The notes below the pieces were generated by a model. The model did not search any database. It worked only from the letters and a program-made list of their open reading frames with translations, and was not told the origin of the DNA. Position numbers and translations under genes: made by a program. Positions 40,314-49,170 of a stretch of DNA of 64,000 nucleotides are shown in pieces. Positions within the stretch are counted from its first letter, which is position 1. The number at the start of each line of letters is the position of its first letter. Origin of the DNA: Brevundimonas vancanneytii (GTDB lineage Bacteria > Bacteroidota > Bacteroidia > Chitinophagales > Chitinophagaceae); the NCBI GenBank assembly GCA_943368425.1, contig CALRLC020000006.1, positions 47,893 to 111,892 of the forward strand, read 5' to 3'.

Positions 40314-40964
40314 TTACTCAAATGTTTTTATCTCATCTGAAGAGAAGACATAAGTTCCATTTACATTATGATGCGCTGCATCTTGCATAGACCTTGCTAA
40401 TGCCAATGCTGAAACAGGTTTGTATTGTTTGAGTGGTCCAATCAAAAGAGGGCTCATTAGTTTGGCGATGAAAATGCCAATCTTTTCTCCCACTCTGTTT
40501 TCGGATCTATCACCCATGATAAAAGAAGGTCTGAAAATACAGAGGCAGGGATATCTTAATAAGCTCAACGCTTTTTCGAGCTGGCCTTTAGTTCTGCTAT
40601 AAAAAATGGAGGACTTCTCATCAGCACCTACCGCACTGATCACTAAAAATTTTTGGGAGCCTGCGGCTAATTGCAGTGCTGCAATTTTTTGTGGATAGAT
40701 GAGATCCACTTGTTTGAATGCATCTTGTGATCCCGCTTTTTTAATAGTAGTACCTAAACAACAAAAAACATCTGTTGCATCTATCCCGGTATCTATTTTT
40801 TCAAAATCAATGATCTGCTGTACCAGTTTAGGATGGCTTATTTGTACCGGCTTACGAACATACACTGTTATCTGACGATATAATGGGTCATTCAATAACA
40901 ATTCCAATAAGTGTTTTCCTGTTAATCCACTAGCGCCAAGTATGAGTGCTGTTTTTTGTTGCAT
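40314..40964 (-). CDS. NAD(P)-binding oxidoreductase (TIP30/CC3-like atypical SDR)
   Basis: ILGASGLTG, VFCCLGTTIKKAGS, FYSRTKG and FRPS motifs. The tracked N-terminal extension is repeat sequence. Confidence 0.85.
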   Translation of the reverse strand: MQQKTALILGASGLTGKHLLELLLNDPLYRQITVYVRKPVQISHPKLVQQIIDFEKIDTGIDATDVFCCLGTTIKKAGSQDAFKQVDLIYPQKIAALQLAAGSQKFLVISAVGADEKSSIFYSRTKGQLEKALSLLRYPCLCIFRPSFIMGDRSENRVGEKIGIFIAKLMSPLLIGPLKQYKPVSALALARSMQDAAHHNVNGTYVFSSDEIKTFE

Positions 40965-40991
40965 GGGTGTTTTTTCAAGGCTAAGATAGGG

Positions 40992-41073
40992 TAGTGAGTA
41001 GTGAATAGTCAGTAGTGAGTAAGATATTTTATTGTTCTTAGTTTTACTCACTACTGACTATTCGCTATCTCAC
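40992..41073. repeat. AGTGAGT-family inverted-arm element, empty
   Basis: tagtgag-tagtgaa-tagtcag-tagtgag-ta, spacer containing agatattt, inverted tactcac-tactgac-tattcgc-tatctcac. Confidence 0.8.
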
Positions 41074-41092
41074 AATTTACTACCTTTACTCC

Positions 41093-42127
41093 ATGTCCAA
41101 TCCCAACTTGAACAGAGATCCGATGAACCTTAGTGCAGCTGAAAAGGAGTTTGAGAATGCCATTCGTCCGGCAGAGATCAATGACTTTTCTGGACAGCCA
41201 CAATTGATCGAGAATCTGGTCATCTTTATAAAGGCTGCCAAGCTGCGAGGGGAAGCATTGGATCATATTTTGTTTCATGGTCCACCGGGATTGGGTAAGA
41301 CCACACTCAGCAGAATTGTTGCGAATGAATTGGGGGTGAATATCAAAGAAACATCTGGACCTGTGATTGAGAAGCCGGGTGATCTGGCTGGACTACTCAC
41401 CAATTTGCAACCCAATGATGTGTTGTTCATTGATGAAATACATCGTTTAAGTACAGTAGTGGAAGAGTATTTGTATGCTGCGATGGAAGATTTCAAGATC
41501 GATATCATGATTGATTCCGGTCCGAATGCCAGAAGTGTACAGATCAATTTGAATCCATTTACATTGGTGGGAGCAACTACAAGAAGTGGTTTGTTGACTG
41601 CACCTTTATTGTCGCGTTTTGGGATCAAATCAAGGTTAGAATATTATCACGCAGAGACGCTGAAGAAAATCATTGAACGAAGCGCTGCGATTTTGAATAC
41701 AGGGATTCTTTCGGATGCGGCTTTTGAAATAGCAAGAAGAAGTCGGGGAACACCACGTATTGCCAATGGCTTATTGCGTCGTGTACGAGATTTTGCACAG
41801 GTATTGAATGATGGTAAGATTGATTTAGGAATAACTCAACATGCATTAAAAGCATTGAATGTAGATGAACATGGGTTAGATGAAATGGATAATCGTATTT
41901 TATCAGCCATTATCGATAAATTCAAGGGAGGGCCTGTTGGACTTACTACCATCGCAACTGCAGTGGGTGAAGAAGCGGGAACATTGGAAGAAGTGTATGA
42001 ACCCTTTTTGATACAAGAAGGATTTTTGCAACGAACACCACGCGGAAGAGAAGTGACTTTAAAAGCGTATCAACATTTGGGAAAAGATCGTCCTTCGATG
42101 GGGAATCAATCTGAGTTGTTTAGATAG
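41093..42127 (+). CDS. ruvB: Holliday junction branch migration ATPase RuvB
   Basis: [24 protein letters not shown] and RTPRGR motifs. Confidence 0.97.
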   Translation: MSNPNLNRDPMNLSAAEKEFENAIRPAEINDFSGQPQLIENLVIFIKAAKLRGEALDHILFHGPPGLGKTTLSRIVANELGVNIKETSGPVIEKPGDLAGLLTNLQPNDVLFIDEIHRLSTVVEEYLYAAMEDFKIDIMIDSGPNARSVQINLNPFTLVGATTRSGLLTAPLLSRFGIKSRLEYYHAETLKKIIERSAAILNTGILSDAAFEIARRSRGTPRIANGLLRRVRDFAQVLNDGKIDLGITQHALKALNVDEHGLDEMDNRILSAIIDKFKGGPVGLTTIATAVGEEAGTLEEVYEPFLIQEGFLQRTPRGREVTLKAYQHLGKDRPSMGNQSELFR

Positions 42128-42156
42128 ATTGCCACTGAAAGCACAGAGATATACTG

Positions 42157-42191
42157 AAACAGGAGTTCAGATTTAATCTGAACTCCTGTTT
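42157..42191. terminator. Bidirectional intrinsic terminator between ruvB and hemL
   Basis: Near-perfect palindrome aaacaggagttcagatt-t-aatctgaactcctgttt. Confidence 0.8.
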
Positions 42192-42194
42192 TAT

Positions 42195-43484
42195 TTATAA
42201 TATTTCTGAGAGGCTTTCTTTAGTTGCTTGTATAGTTGCATCAAGATCTTCATAAGAGAGTGCATTGTTGAGGAACCAACTTTCAAATGCGGAAGGAGGT
42301 AAGTAGATCCCTTTTTTCAGCATGGCATGAAAGTATTTGTTGAACAATGCATTGTTGGCTGCAGATGCAGATGCAAAATCGGTAACAGCTTTTTCACTGA
42401 AATGAACACTGATCATGGATCCAAATCTGTTGATCACAAATGGAGTTCCGCTTTCTGTGAGTACTTTATTCAAGCCCTCGTGTAAGTAAGCGGTTTTATC
42501 ATTCAGTTCTTGATAGAGCGAAGGATTGCTTTTTAATTCATTCAACAAAGTATACCCGGCGATCATCGCAATAGGGTTACCACTCAAAGTTCCAGCTTGG
42601 TATACATTTCCAAGTGGTGCGATTTTTTCCATGATAGCACGTTTGCCACCAAAAGCACCTACCGGCATACCCGCACCGATCACTTTTCCATAAGTAATAA
42701 GGTCTGCATCTACATTCAATACTTGTTGAGCACCCCCTTGTGCTAAACGGAATCCAGTCATTACTTCATCAAAAATGAATACAATGCCTTCTTCATCGCA
42801 AATGGTTCTGATACCTTCAAGAAATCCTGGTGCAGGTAATATACAACCCATGTTTCCTGCAACGGGTTCAACGATGATGGCAGCGATTTCATTCTTATGG
42901 ATAGACACTAATTTTTTGACTGCTGTTAGATCATTGTAAGCGCAAGTCAAAGTATCGGTAGAAACACCCCCTGTGATTCCTGGTACTGTTTGAATATCAA
43001 AAGTGGCCAATCCACTCCCTGCTTTTACAAGAAATGCATCGGCATGACCATGATAACAGCCTTCGAATTTGATGAATTTATTTCTGCCTGTATATCCTCT
43101 AGCCAAACGTAAGGCACTCATGCAAGCTTCGGTACCACTGCTCACCATTCTGATCAGGTCAACATTGGGTGCCATGCTTTTAATGAGTTCTGCCATTTCA
43201 ATTTCCAACTCTGTAGGTGCACCATACGACGTAGATAAAACTGCTTTTTCCTGAATGGCTTTTACTACCGGCTCATAGGCATGCCCCAAAATCATAGGTC
43301 CCCATGAAGCGATATAATCGATATAACGATTGCCATCAGCATCATAGAGATAAGCACCTTTAGCTTTTTCAATAAAGATGGGCGTACCACCTACACTTTT
43401 AAAAGCTCTTACCGGAGAGTTTACGCCTCCGGGGATAGATTGTTGTGCGCGTTGGAAGAGTGCAATACTTTTTGATGTTTCCAT
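42195..43484 (-). CDS. hemL: Glutamate-1-semialdehyde 2,1-aminomutase
   Basis: [33 protein letters not shown] and GTLSGNP motifs. Confidence 0.97.
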   Translation of the reverse strand: METSKSIALFQRAQQSIPGGVNSPVRAFKSVGGTPIFIEKAKGAYLYDADGNRYIDYIASWGPMILGHAYEPVVKAIQEKAVLSTSYGAPTELEIEMAELIKSMAPNVDLIRMVSSGTEACMSALRLARGYTGRNKFIKFEGCYHGHADAFLVKAGSGLATFDIQTVPGITGGVSTDTLTCAYNDLTAVKKLVSIHKNEIAAIIVEPVAGNMGCILPAPGFLEGIRTICDEEGIVFIFDEVMTGFRLAQGGAQQVLNVDADLITYGKVIGAGMPVGAFGGKRAIMEKIAPLGNVYQAGTLSGNPIAMIAGYTLLNELKSNPSLYQELNDKTAYLHEGLNKVLTESGTPFVINRFGSMISVHFSEKAVTDFASASAANNALFNKYFHAMLKKGIYLPPSAFESWFLNNALSYEDLDATIQATKESLSEIL

Positions 43485-43489
43485 ATTTT

Positions 43490-43958
43490 AGTGAGTAGTC
43501 AGTAGTGAGTAGTTAGTTATCTGAGCTAATCATTACTGAGATCATTTTAAAATTTTCTATTATCAAATCTTTTATGCTATCTAGTTTTTCAAGTGTGATA
43601 TATTTAAGATCTACCGCTAATCCAATTGCTGTATCAACCTCAATTAGTGATCCTCTTGCAATTTCAAAAAACCTCTTTCTTTCAAGATTTGATTTGCGAG
43701 AACATCCTTCTGCAATATTCAAATGAACAGAAGATGATGCTCTTCTGATTTGTTGAACTAAAGCAAATCTTTCATCAGTAGGGAAATTTCTTGATAGCTT
43801 ATAGCATTCAAGTACCAAATCCCTAGATTTTAAAAAGACTGATAGTTTTGTATGAGCAAGCTGTAAAAACATAGTTGTCAAAACTAGTCTCTAACAGCGA
43901 TGAAGATTTACGTATTTCCCGCAAAACTAAACTCACTACTCACTATTGACTACTCACT
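43490..43958 (-). mobile_element. Putative cargo-loaded element: AGTGAGT-family inverted arms enclosing a four-helix-bundle gene
   Basis: Arms at 43490-43517 and 43931-43958 match at 26/28 nt as inverted repeats and enclose the gene at 43513-43872. Mobility is inferred, not shown. Confidence 0.55.
43513..43872 (-). CDS. Four-helix-bundle protein (23S rRNA IVS protein/Avd-like family)
   Basis: FPTDERFALVQQIRRASSSVHLNIAEG and RFFEIARGSLIEV motifs. The ATG at 43872 is 6 nt after TAGTTTTG. Confidence 0.9.
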   Translation of the reverse strand: MFLQLAHTKLSVFLKSRDLVLECYKLSRNFPTDERFALVQQIRRASSSVHLNIAEGCSRKSNLERKRFFEIARGSLIEVDTAIGLAVDLKYITLEKLDSIKDLIIENFKMISVMISSDN

Positions 43959-44927
43959 AATCAGCCTGATCGCATCTTTAGCGAAATAGGTTGCAATCAA
44001 ATCGGCGCCTGCTCGTTTAATTGATGTAAGGCTCTCAATGATCGCTTTTTCTTCATTCAGCCAACCCATTTTTGATGCTGCTTTGATCATTGCATATTCA
44101 CCGCTTACCTGATAAGCGCTTACCGGAACTTCTACTGCATTCTTCACTTCGCGGATGATATCCAGATAAGCCATGGCAGGTTTTACCATGACGATATCAG
44201 CTCCTTCTTCAATATCCATTAACGTTTCTTTGATGGCTTCTGTTCGGTTGGCGAAATCCATTTGATACGTTTTTTTATCGCCGAATCCGGGAGCGCTATC
44301 CAATGCATCTCTGAATGGACCATAGAAACATGAGGCATACTTGGCGCTATAACTCATGATACCCACTTTCGTGAATCCACTATCTTCTAAACCGTTTCTT
44401 ATTGCGCCAATTCTACCATCCATCATGTCACTGGGGGCAACAAAATCGCATCCTGCTTCTGCATGACTGATACTCATCTTTACCAAAGCTTCTACTGTTT
44501 CATCATTCACGATCTCGCCGTCTTTTACGATGCCATCGTGTCCGTAAGAAGAGAATGGATCTAAGGCAACATCAGTCATTACTATTATTTCCGGAACAGC
44601 ATCTTTGATCGCTTTAATACTTCTTTGCATCAATCCGTTTTTGTTCCATGCTTCTTTGCCTGTATTATCTTTCAGTTCATCTTTACATTTGATGAACAGC
44701 AGTACACAACGAATACCCATCTCCCACAATACTTTCACTTCTTTTACAGTAAAATCTAAAGACATCCTGTAATACCCCGGCATCGAAGCGATCTCCGTTT
44801 TCACATTTTCTCCTTCATCAATAAATAACGGAGCAATAAAATCAGCCGGCTTCAATATCGTTTCAGCCACCATTGCACGGATAGCATGTGATTGGCGGAG
44901 GATGCGGTTGCGTCGTTGGAGGTACAT
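43950..44927 (-). CDS. hemB: Porphobilinogen synthase
   Basis: DVALDPFSSYGHDG, PSDMMDGR, MSYSAKYAS, MVKP and YQVSGEY motifs. The Cys-cluster Zn site is absent, suggesting a Mg/K-type enzyme. Confidence 0.97.
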   Translation of the reverse strand: MYLQRRNRILRQSHAIRAMVAETILKPADFIAPLFIDEGENVKTEIASMPGYYRMSLDFTVKEVKVLWEMGIRCVLLFIKCKDELKDNTGKEAWNKNGLMQRSIKAIKDAVPEIIVMTDVALDPFSSYGHDGIVKDGEIVNDETVEALVKMSISHAEAGCDFVAPSDMMDGRIGAIRNGLEDSGFTKVGIMSYSAKYASCFYGPFRDALDSAPGFGDKKTYQMDFANRTEAIKETLMDIEEGADIVMVKPAMAYLDIIREVKNAVEVPVSAYQVSGEYAMIKAASKMGWLNEEKAIIESLTSIKRAGADLIATYFAKDAIRLISE

Positions 44928-44932
44928 GAATC

Positions 44933-45415
44933 TTTGATTTTTTGATCTTTGATTTCTTGATTTATTGTTTGGTCTGCTTGATTTTTAAATCAAACGTTTT
45001 ATTCGCGGCAGTAAATATGGCTGTTAGTTCATTTGCTTCTGCTATTAATTGATCTATGATACTATTGGTACTAAGTTTTGTTGCCTTGATGATTTCTAGC
45101 CAATAATGTGACTCGTCGATTTCTTCCAGAACAATTTTTAATTTATGTGCAAAATCAGCTTGTGATTTTGATCTGTTTGTTGCACGATAATTAGCTCCTA
45201 CCGATCCTGAAGAACGTATCAATTGTTTCGCAATTTCAAAGCCAGCAGGTGTTTTCGGCAGACAATCACAAAATAATACAATATCAATATTGAACTGTTT
45301 TGTTCTGTCTTGTAAAGTTTTCCGATTCATTCTGTAAAATTATGCTAGATCACCTCGAACGATACGGAGCGTTTGTTATGAAATAAATCAAGAAATCAAA
45401 GATCAAAAAATCAAA
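44933..45415 (-). mobile_element. Putative cargo-loaded element: perfect 33-bp ATCAA-family inverted repeats enclosing a four-helix-bundle gene
   Basis: 44933-44965 is the exact reverse complement of 45383-45415 (ataaatcaagaaatcaaagatcaaaaaatcaaa). Confidence 0.6.
44962..45330 (-). CDS. Four-helix-bundle protein (23S rRNA IVS protein/Avd-like family)
   Basis: QLIRSSGSVGANYRA, FAHKLKIVLEEIDESHYWLE and EANELTAIF motifs. Confidence 0.9.
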   Translation of the reverse strand: MNRKTLQDRTKQFNIDIVLFCDCLPKTPAGFEIAKQLIRSSGSVGANYRATNRSKSQADFAHKLKIVLEEIDESHYWLEIIKATKLSTNSIIDQLIAEANELTAIFTAANKTFDLKIKQTKQ

Positions 45416-45416
45416 C

Positions 45417-46325
45417 TTATATCCATTCCTTTGGATGTAAGCAAGCTTGCCACAATTCCCATTCTTTTGAACCTTCAGTCGGTTGATGATTGTAATCAAA
45501 TCTTACTGTTGGCGGTAGACTCATCAGAATACTTTCAATTCTTCCATTGGTCTTTAGTCCAAATATAGTTCCACGATCATGCACCAGATTGAATTCTGTG
45601 TACCTGCCCCTGCGTATTTCCTGCCAATATTTATTCTCTGGAGTGAATTCGGTATGTTTTCTTTTCTCAACAATGGGAATATAGCTATCGATAAACGCAT
45701 AACCACAAGCTTTTGCAAATGCCATCCAGAATTGAACGTCTTTACTTTCATCCGGACGTTGGTAATCGTAAAAAATACCGCCAATGCCTCTTCTTTCTTT
45801 ATTACGATGCCAGTTCACAAAATATTCATCACATTCTTTTTTGAATGCCGGATAAAATGCAGGATCGAATGGATCACAAGCATTTTTATACGTCTGATGA
45901 AAGTGAATGGCATCTTCTTCAAATAGATAATAAGGCGTAAGATCAGTACCACCACCAAACCATCTGTCAATCACTTCTCCTTTTTCATCATACAACTCAA
46001 ACATGCGATAATTACAATGTACAGTAGGCACGAAGGGATTATAAGGATGAATCACTAGACTCAATCCACATGCAAACCAACTATGTCCATTGATCTTTAA
46101 TTGTGTTCGCATCAAGTCTGTAACCGGACCAAACACCACAGAAGTATTCACGCCTCCTTTTTCCAACACTGCACCATTGCCAATTACACGTGTGCGGCCG
46201 CCGCCACCTTCTTCTCGGTCCCATTTATCTTCCTGAAATCTAGCTTTTCCATCTACTTTCTCCAGTGCAGCGCAGATATCATCCTGCAGCTGATGAATAA
46301 AGGAGATCCATTGTTCTTTTATCAT
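45417..46325 (-). CDS. hemF: Oxygen-dependent coproporphyrinogen III oxidase
   Basis: PTVHCNYR, WFGGGTDLTP, RGIGGIFYD and RRGRYTEFNLVHDRGTIFGL motifs. Confidence 0.96.
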   Translation of the reverse strand: MIKEQWISFIHQLQDDICAALEKVDGKARFQEDKWDREEGGGGRTRVIGNGAVLEKGGVNTSVVFGPVTDLMRTQLKINGHSWFACGLSLVIHPYNPFVPTVHCNYRMFELYDEKGEVIDRWFGGGTDLTPYYLFEEDAIHFHQTYKNACDPFDPAFYPAFKKECDEYFVNWHRNKERRGIGGIFYDYQRPDESKDVQFWMAFAKACGYAFIDSYIPIVEKRKHTEFTPENKYWQEIRRGRYTEFNLVHDRGTIFGLKTNGRIESILMSLPPTVRFDYNHQPTEGSKEWELWQACLHPKEWI

Positions 46326-46336
46326 AAGTTCGTATT

Positions 46337-46407
46337 AGTGAGTAGTCAGTAGTGAGTAGTCAGTAGGAAAAAGATATTTATTCACTACTGACAATTCACT
46401 ACTCACT
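46337..46407. repeat. AGTGAGT-family inverted-arm element, empty (hemE/hemF junction)
   Basis: agtgagt-agtcagt-agtgagt-agtcagt, spacer ggaaaaagatattt, inverted attcact-actgaca-attcact-actcact. Confidence 0.8.
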
Positions 46408-47432
46408 TAATGTCGAAATTCTTTCACCGCATCTACAAATGCCCTTGCATGATCAACAGGAACATTTGGAAGGATGCCATGTCCAAGGTTGGCGATATGT
46501 CTACCCGGACCAAATGCACGCAGCATGTCTTTTACTTCTTTTTGAATCACAGGGATCGGTGATAATAATTTCGCAGGATCAAAATTCCCTTGCAGTGTAA
46601 CATGATTACCTGCGAACTGACGAGCCAATTCAGGCTTGATACACCAATCAATTCCTAAACCATGAGCGCCAGTAGCGGCCATACTATCCAAGCTATGCCA
46701 TGCACCTTTTGCAAATACGATCGTGGGTACTTCATCTTTCAATGCCGCAACGATCTGACGCATATATTGTAATGACAGGTTTTCAAAATCATGCGGACTT
46801 AATAATCCACCCCAGCTATCAAAAATTTGAACCGTATCTGCACCTGCTTTCACTTGTGCTTTCAGGTAGGCGATTGTAGTATCAGTGATCATTTGTAATA
46901 ACTGGTGTGCCAGTTCAGGTTGTGTATAGCAGAATGCTTTTGCTTCATCAAAAGTTTTAGAACCTTTGCCCTGCACCATGTAACAAAGTAAGGTCCATGG
47001 CGCCCCGGCAAAGCCGATCAATGGAACTCTTCCGTTGAGTTCTTGTTTAATAAGTTTAATGGCATCCATCACATAGCCTAAAGTTTCATCAACATCCGGT
47101 ACACGAACGCGCGCCATGTCTTTATTGGTTTTTATTGGGTCCGGTAGAACAGGTCCTTTACTTTCGATCAACTGTACTTCCAGTCCCATTGCTTGTGGCA
47201 CTACCAGAATATCAGAAAACAAGATAGCAGCATCCACACCAACGATATCTATTGGTTGTAATGTGATTTCACATGCCAGTTCAGGTGTCTGACAACGTTC
47301 AAAGAATCCGTATTTCTCACGCAACACCATGTACTCAGGAAGGTATCGTCCGGCCTGACGCATCATCCACACAGGAGTTCTTTCAGTTGCTTCACCGCGA
47401 AGGGTTCGGAGGAGTAGGTCGTTTTTTAGCAT
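46407..47432 (-). CDS. hemE: Uroporphyrinogen decarboxylase
   Basis: [34 protein letters not shown] and NLGHGI motifs. Confidence 0.97.
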   Translation of the reverse strand: MLKNDLLLRTLRGEATERTPVWMMRQAGRYLPEYMVLREKYGFFERCQTPELACEITLQPIDIVGVDAAILFSDILVVPQAMGLEVQLIESKGPVLPDPIKTNKDMARVRVPDVDETLGYVMDAIKLIKQELNGRVPLIGFAGAPWTLLCYMVQGKGSKTFDEAKAFCYTQPELAHQLLQMITDTTIAYLKAQVKAGADTVQIFDSWGGLLSPHDFENLSLQYMRQIVAALKDEVPTIVFAKGAWHSLDSMAATGAHGLGIDWCIKPELARQFAGNHVTLQGNFDPAKLLSPIPVIQKEVKDMLRAFGPGRHIANLGHGILPNVPVDHARAFVDAVKEFRH

Positions 47433-47441
47433 AGATTATAA

Positions 47442-47512
47442 AGTGAGTAGTGAGTAGTCAGTAGTCAGTAGGGAGAGATATTTACTCACTACTGACTATT
47501 CACTACTCACTA
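47442..47512. repeat. AGTGAGT-family inverted-arm element, empty (hemD/hemE junction)
   Basis: agtgagt-agtgagt-agtcagt-agtcagt, spacer gggagagatatt, inverted tactcac-tactgac-tattcac-tactcac-ta. Confidence 0.8.
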
Positions 47513-48210
47513 AAATGTTGAATCGCTTTCCTCACCAGTTCTTCTTTTCCTGGTGAGTGAGCTGTGATGATTGAATTGTTTGTATATTTTTTGATGGCTG
47601 CTTCAGTAGTAGTTCCTATGGCAAAGAATACTGTTGAAGTAGCGGCTTTATTTTGATTGAAAAAACTTTCTACTGCACTCGGACTAAAAAATATAATACC
47701 ATTATAAGTAGTATCCATTTTTTGATGGAGTGGGATCGTTTTGTATACGATGATCTCTTCAACACTGATACCTTCTTCTTTTAGTTTGGCAGGTAATTCA
47801 TCTCTTCGCTGATCACCACAGAAGAAGAACACTTCATCTAATTCATCATTGTCTGATAAAATGGTTTCTGCAAGTTCTGATGCATTGTTGCCAGTGCCAC
47901 TAATAGACTGTTCTCCAAAATAGTTGTGTATCAGTTCTTGTGTTGTATTACCCATACAATAAATATTCCATTCCGGCACTTGTTGGTCTAGCATGGTGAT
48001 TACACTTTCTACAGCATTCATGCTTGTAAATACAACCGTGGCATATTGCAAAGCGATTTGTTCAACCTCCTGTTGTGTATCAATGTCCTGAACAGGTTCT
48101 GTATCGATCAAAGGAATGATATCCAACTGAATGTTTTGTTCAGCGGCTTCCTGTATCAGTGTTTCTTTTACAGGTCTGGTAGATAATATTTTCTTTTTAC
48201 TTTCCTGCAT
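47503..48210 (-). CDS. hemD: Uroporphyrinogen-III synthase
   Basis: ILSTRP, VVFTSMNAVES, VYKT, FFSPSAVESF and FAIGTTT motifs; expected operon position. Confidence 0.88.
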   Translation of the reverse strand: MQESKKKILSTRPVKETLIQEAAEQNIQLDIIPLIDTEPVQDIDTQQEVEQIALQYATVVFTSMNAVESVITMLDQQVPEWNIYCMGNTTQELIHNYFGEQSISGTGNNASELAETILSDNDELDEVFFFCGDQRRDELPAKLKEEGISVEEIIVYKTIPLHQKMDTTYNGIIFFSPSAVESFFNQNKAATSTVFFAIGTTTEAAIKKYTNNSIITAHSPGKEELVRKAIQHFSE

Positions 48211-49162
48211 TTCTGATTTCCTGTATGATTTCTTCTGCACCCATCGCTAAGATTTCTTGTCCGGCTTCTGTGCCTATTGCAGCCCCAACGGAAATAGGTA
48301 CGTTAGTGCTGATATCAACTTTCTGACGACCATCAAGAGATACCACATTGCCCTGGAAAAAAATCTGATCACCCTGTATTTGTGCGAGTGCAGAAATAGG
48401 TGTAGCGCAACCGCCCATCAACTGACGTAAAAAATTTCTTTCTGCATGCGCACAGATCGCTGTTTCGTTATGGTGTAGTTGCTGACAGCTATTGAAGATT
48501 TCAGTTTCTCCTTCTCTGCACACAACCATCACGGCACCTTGTGCCGGAGCAGGTAACATCCAATCCAAATCAATTGCTTTTTCCGGACGAAGGTTGATTC
48601 TTTCAAGTCCTGCAGCTGCAAAGATGGCACCTTGCCAATTGCTTTCATCCAGTTTACGCAGTCGGGTATTGACGTTGCCACGTAAGTTATCAAACTGATG
48701 ATTGGGATAACGATTGAGCCATTGTGCTTTACGGCGAACGCTGCTGGTGGCGAATAGTCCATGGTCCATAGTCCATGGTCTATGGACCATGGACCATTCA
48801 CCATTCACATAACCCAGCGCTTCCGGTATATCCTCTTCCTTATAAACAAGAATGTCTTTGTATGATGCACGTTTTAATACTGCAGCTTCTTGTATGCCTT
48901 TAGCAAGTTGTGTAGGCACGTCTTTCATGGAGTGAACAGCAATATCAATTTTGTTACTGAGCAATGCAGCATCTAGCGTTTTAGTGAAGATACCCTGAAC
49001 ACCGATCTCATAAAGTGGTGTAACTAGATCAATATCTCCTTCACTTTTGATGTACACGAGTTCAGAAGCCACTCCTTTTTCTTTCAGGAGTTCTTGCACC
49101 CATGTGGCTTGCCACACGGCGAGCTGACTGTCGCGTGTTCCTATACGTACTACCTTGGTCAT
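48197..49162 (-). CDS. hemC: Hydroxymethylbilane synthase (carries a repeat-derived insertion)
   Basis: RIGTRDSQLAVWQA, DIAVHSMKD, TSSVRR, RGNVNTRL and GGCATP motifs. Confidence 0.96.
   Translation of the reverse strand: MTKVVRIGTRDSQLAVWQATWVQELLKEKGVASELVYIKSEGDIDLVTPLYEIGVQGIFTKTLDAALLSNKIDIAVHSMKDVPTQLAKGIQEAAVLKRASYKDILVYKEEDIPEALGYVNGEWSMVHRPWTMDHGLFATSSVRRKAQWLNRYPNHQFDNLRGNVNTRLRKLDESNWQGAIFAAAGLERINLRPEKAIDLDWMLPAPAQGAVMVVCREGETEIFNSCQQLHHNETAICAHAERNFLRQLMGGCATPISALAQIQGDQIFFQGNVVSLDGRQKVDISTNVPISVGAAIGTEAGQEILAMGAEEIIQEIRNAGK
48754..48808. repeat. ATRGTCY-family inverted-arm element lying in frame inside hemC
   Basis: atagtcc-atggtcc-atagtcc-atggtct-atggacc-atggacc-attcacc-attcac; encodes VNGEWSMVHRPWTMDHGL. 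Confidence 0.82.
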
Positions 49163-49170
49163 ATCTAGGT

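Noticed and set aside
43513-45330. Four-helix-bundle genes as a diversity-generating retroelement (Avd) or an rRNA intervening sequence
   Set aside because: There is no reverse transcriptase, no TR/VR pair with adenine-specific mismatches and no rRNA in the window; only family-level similarity holds.
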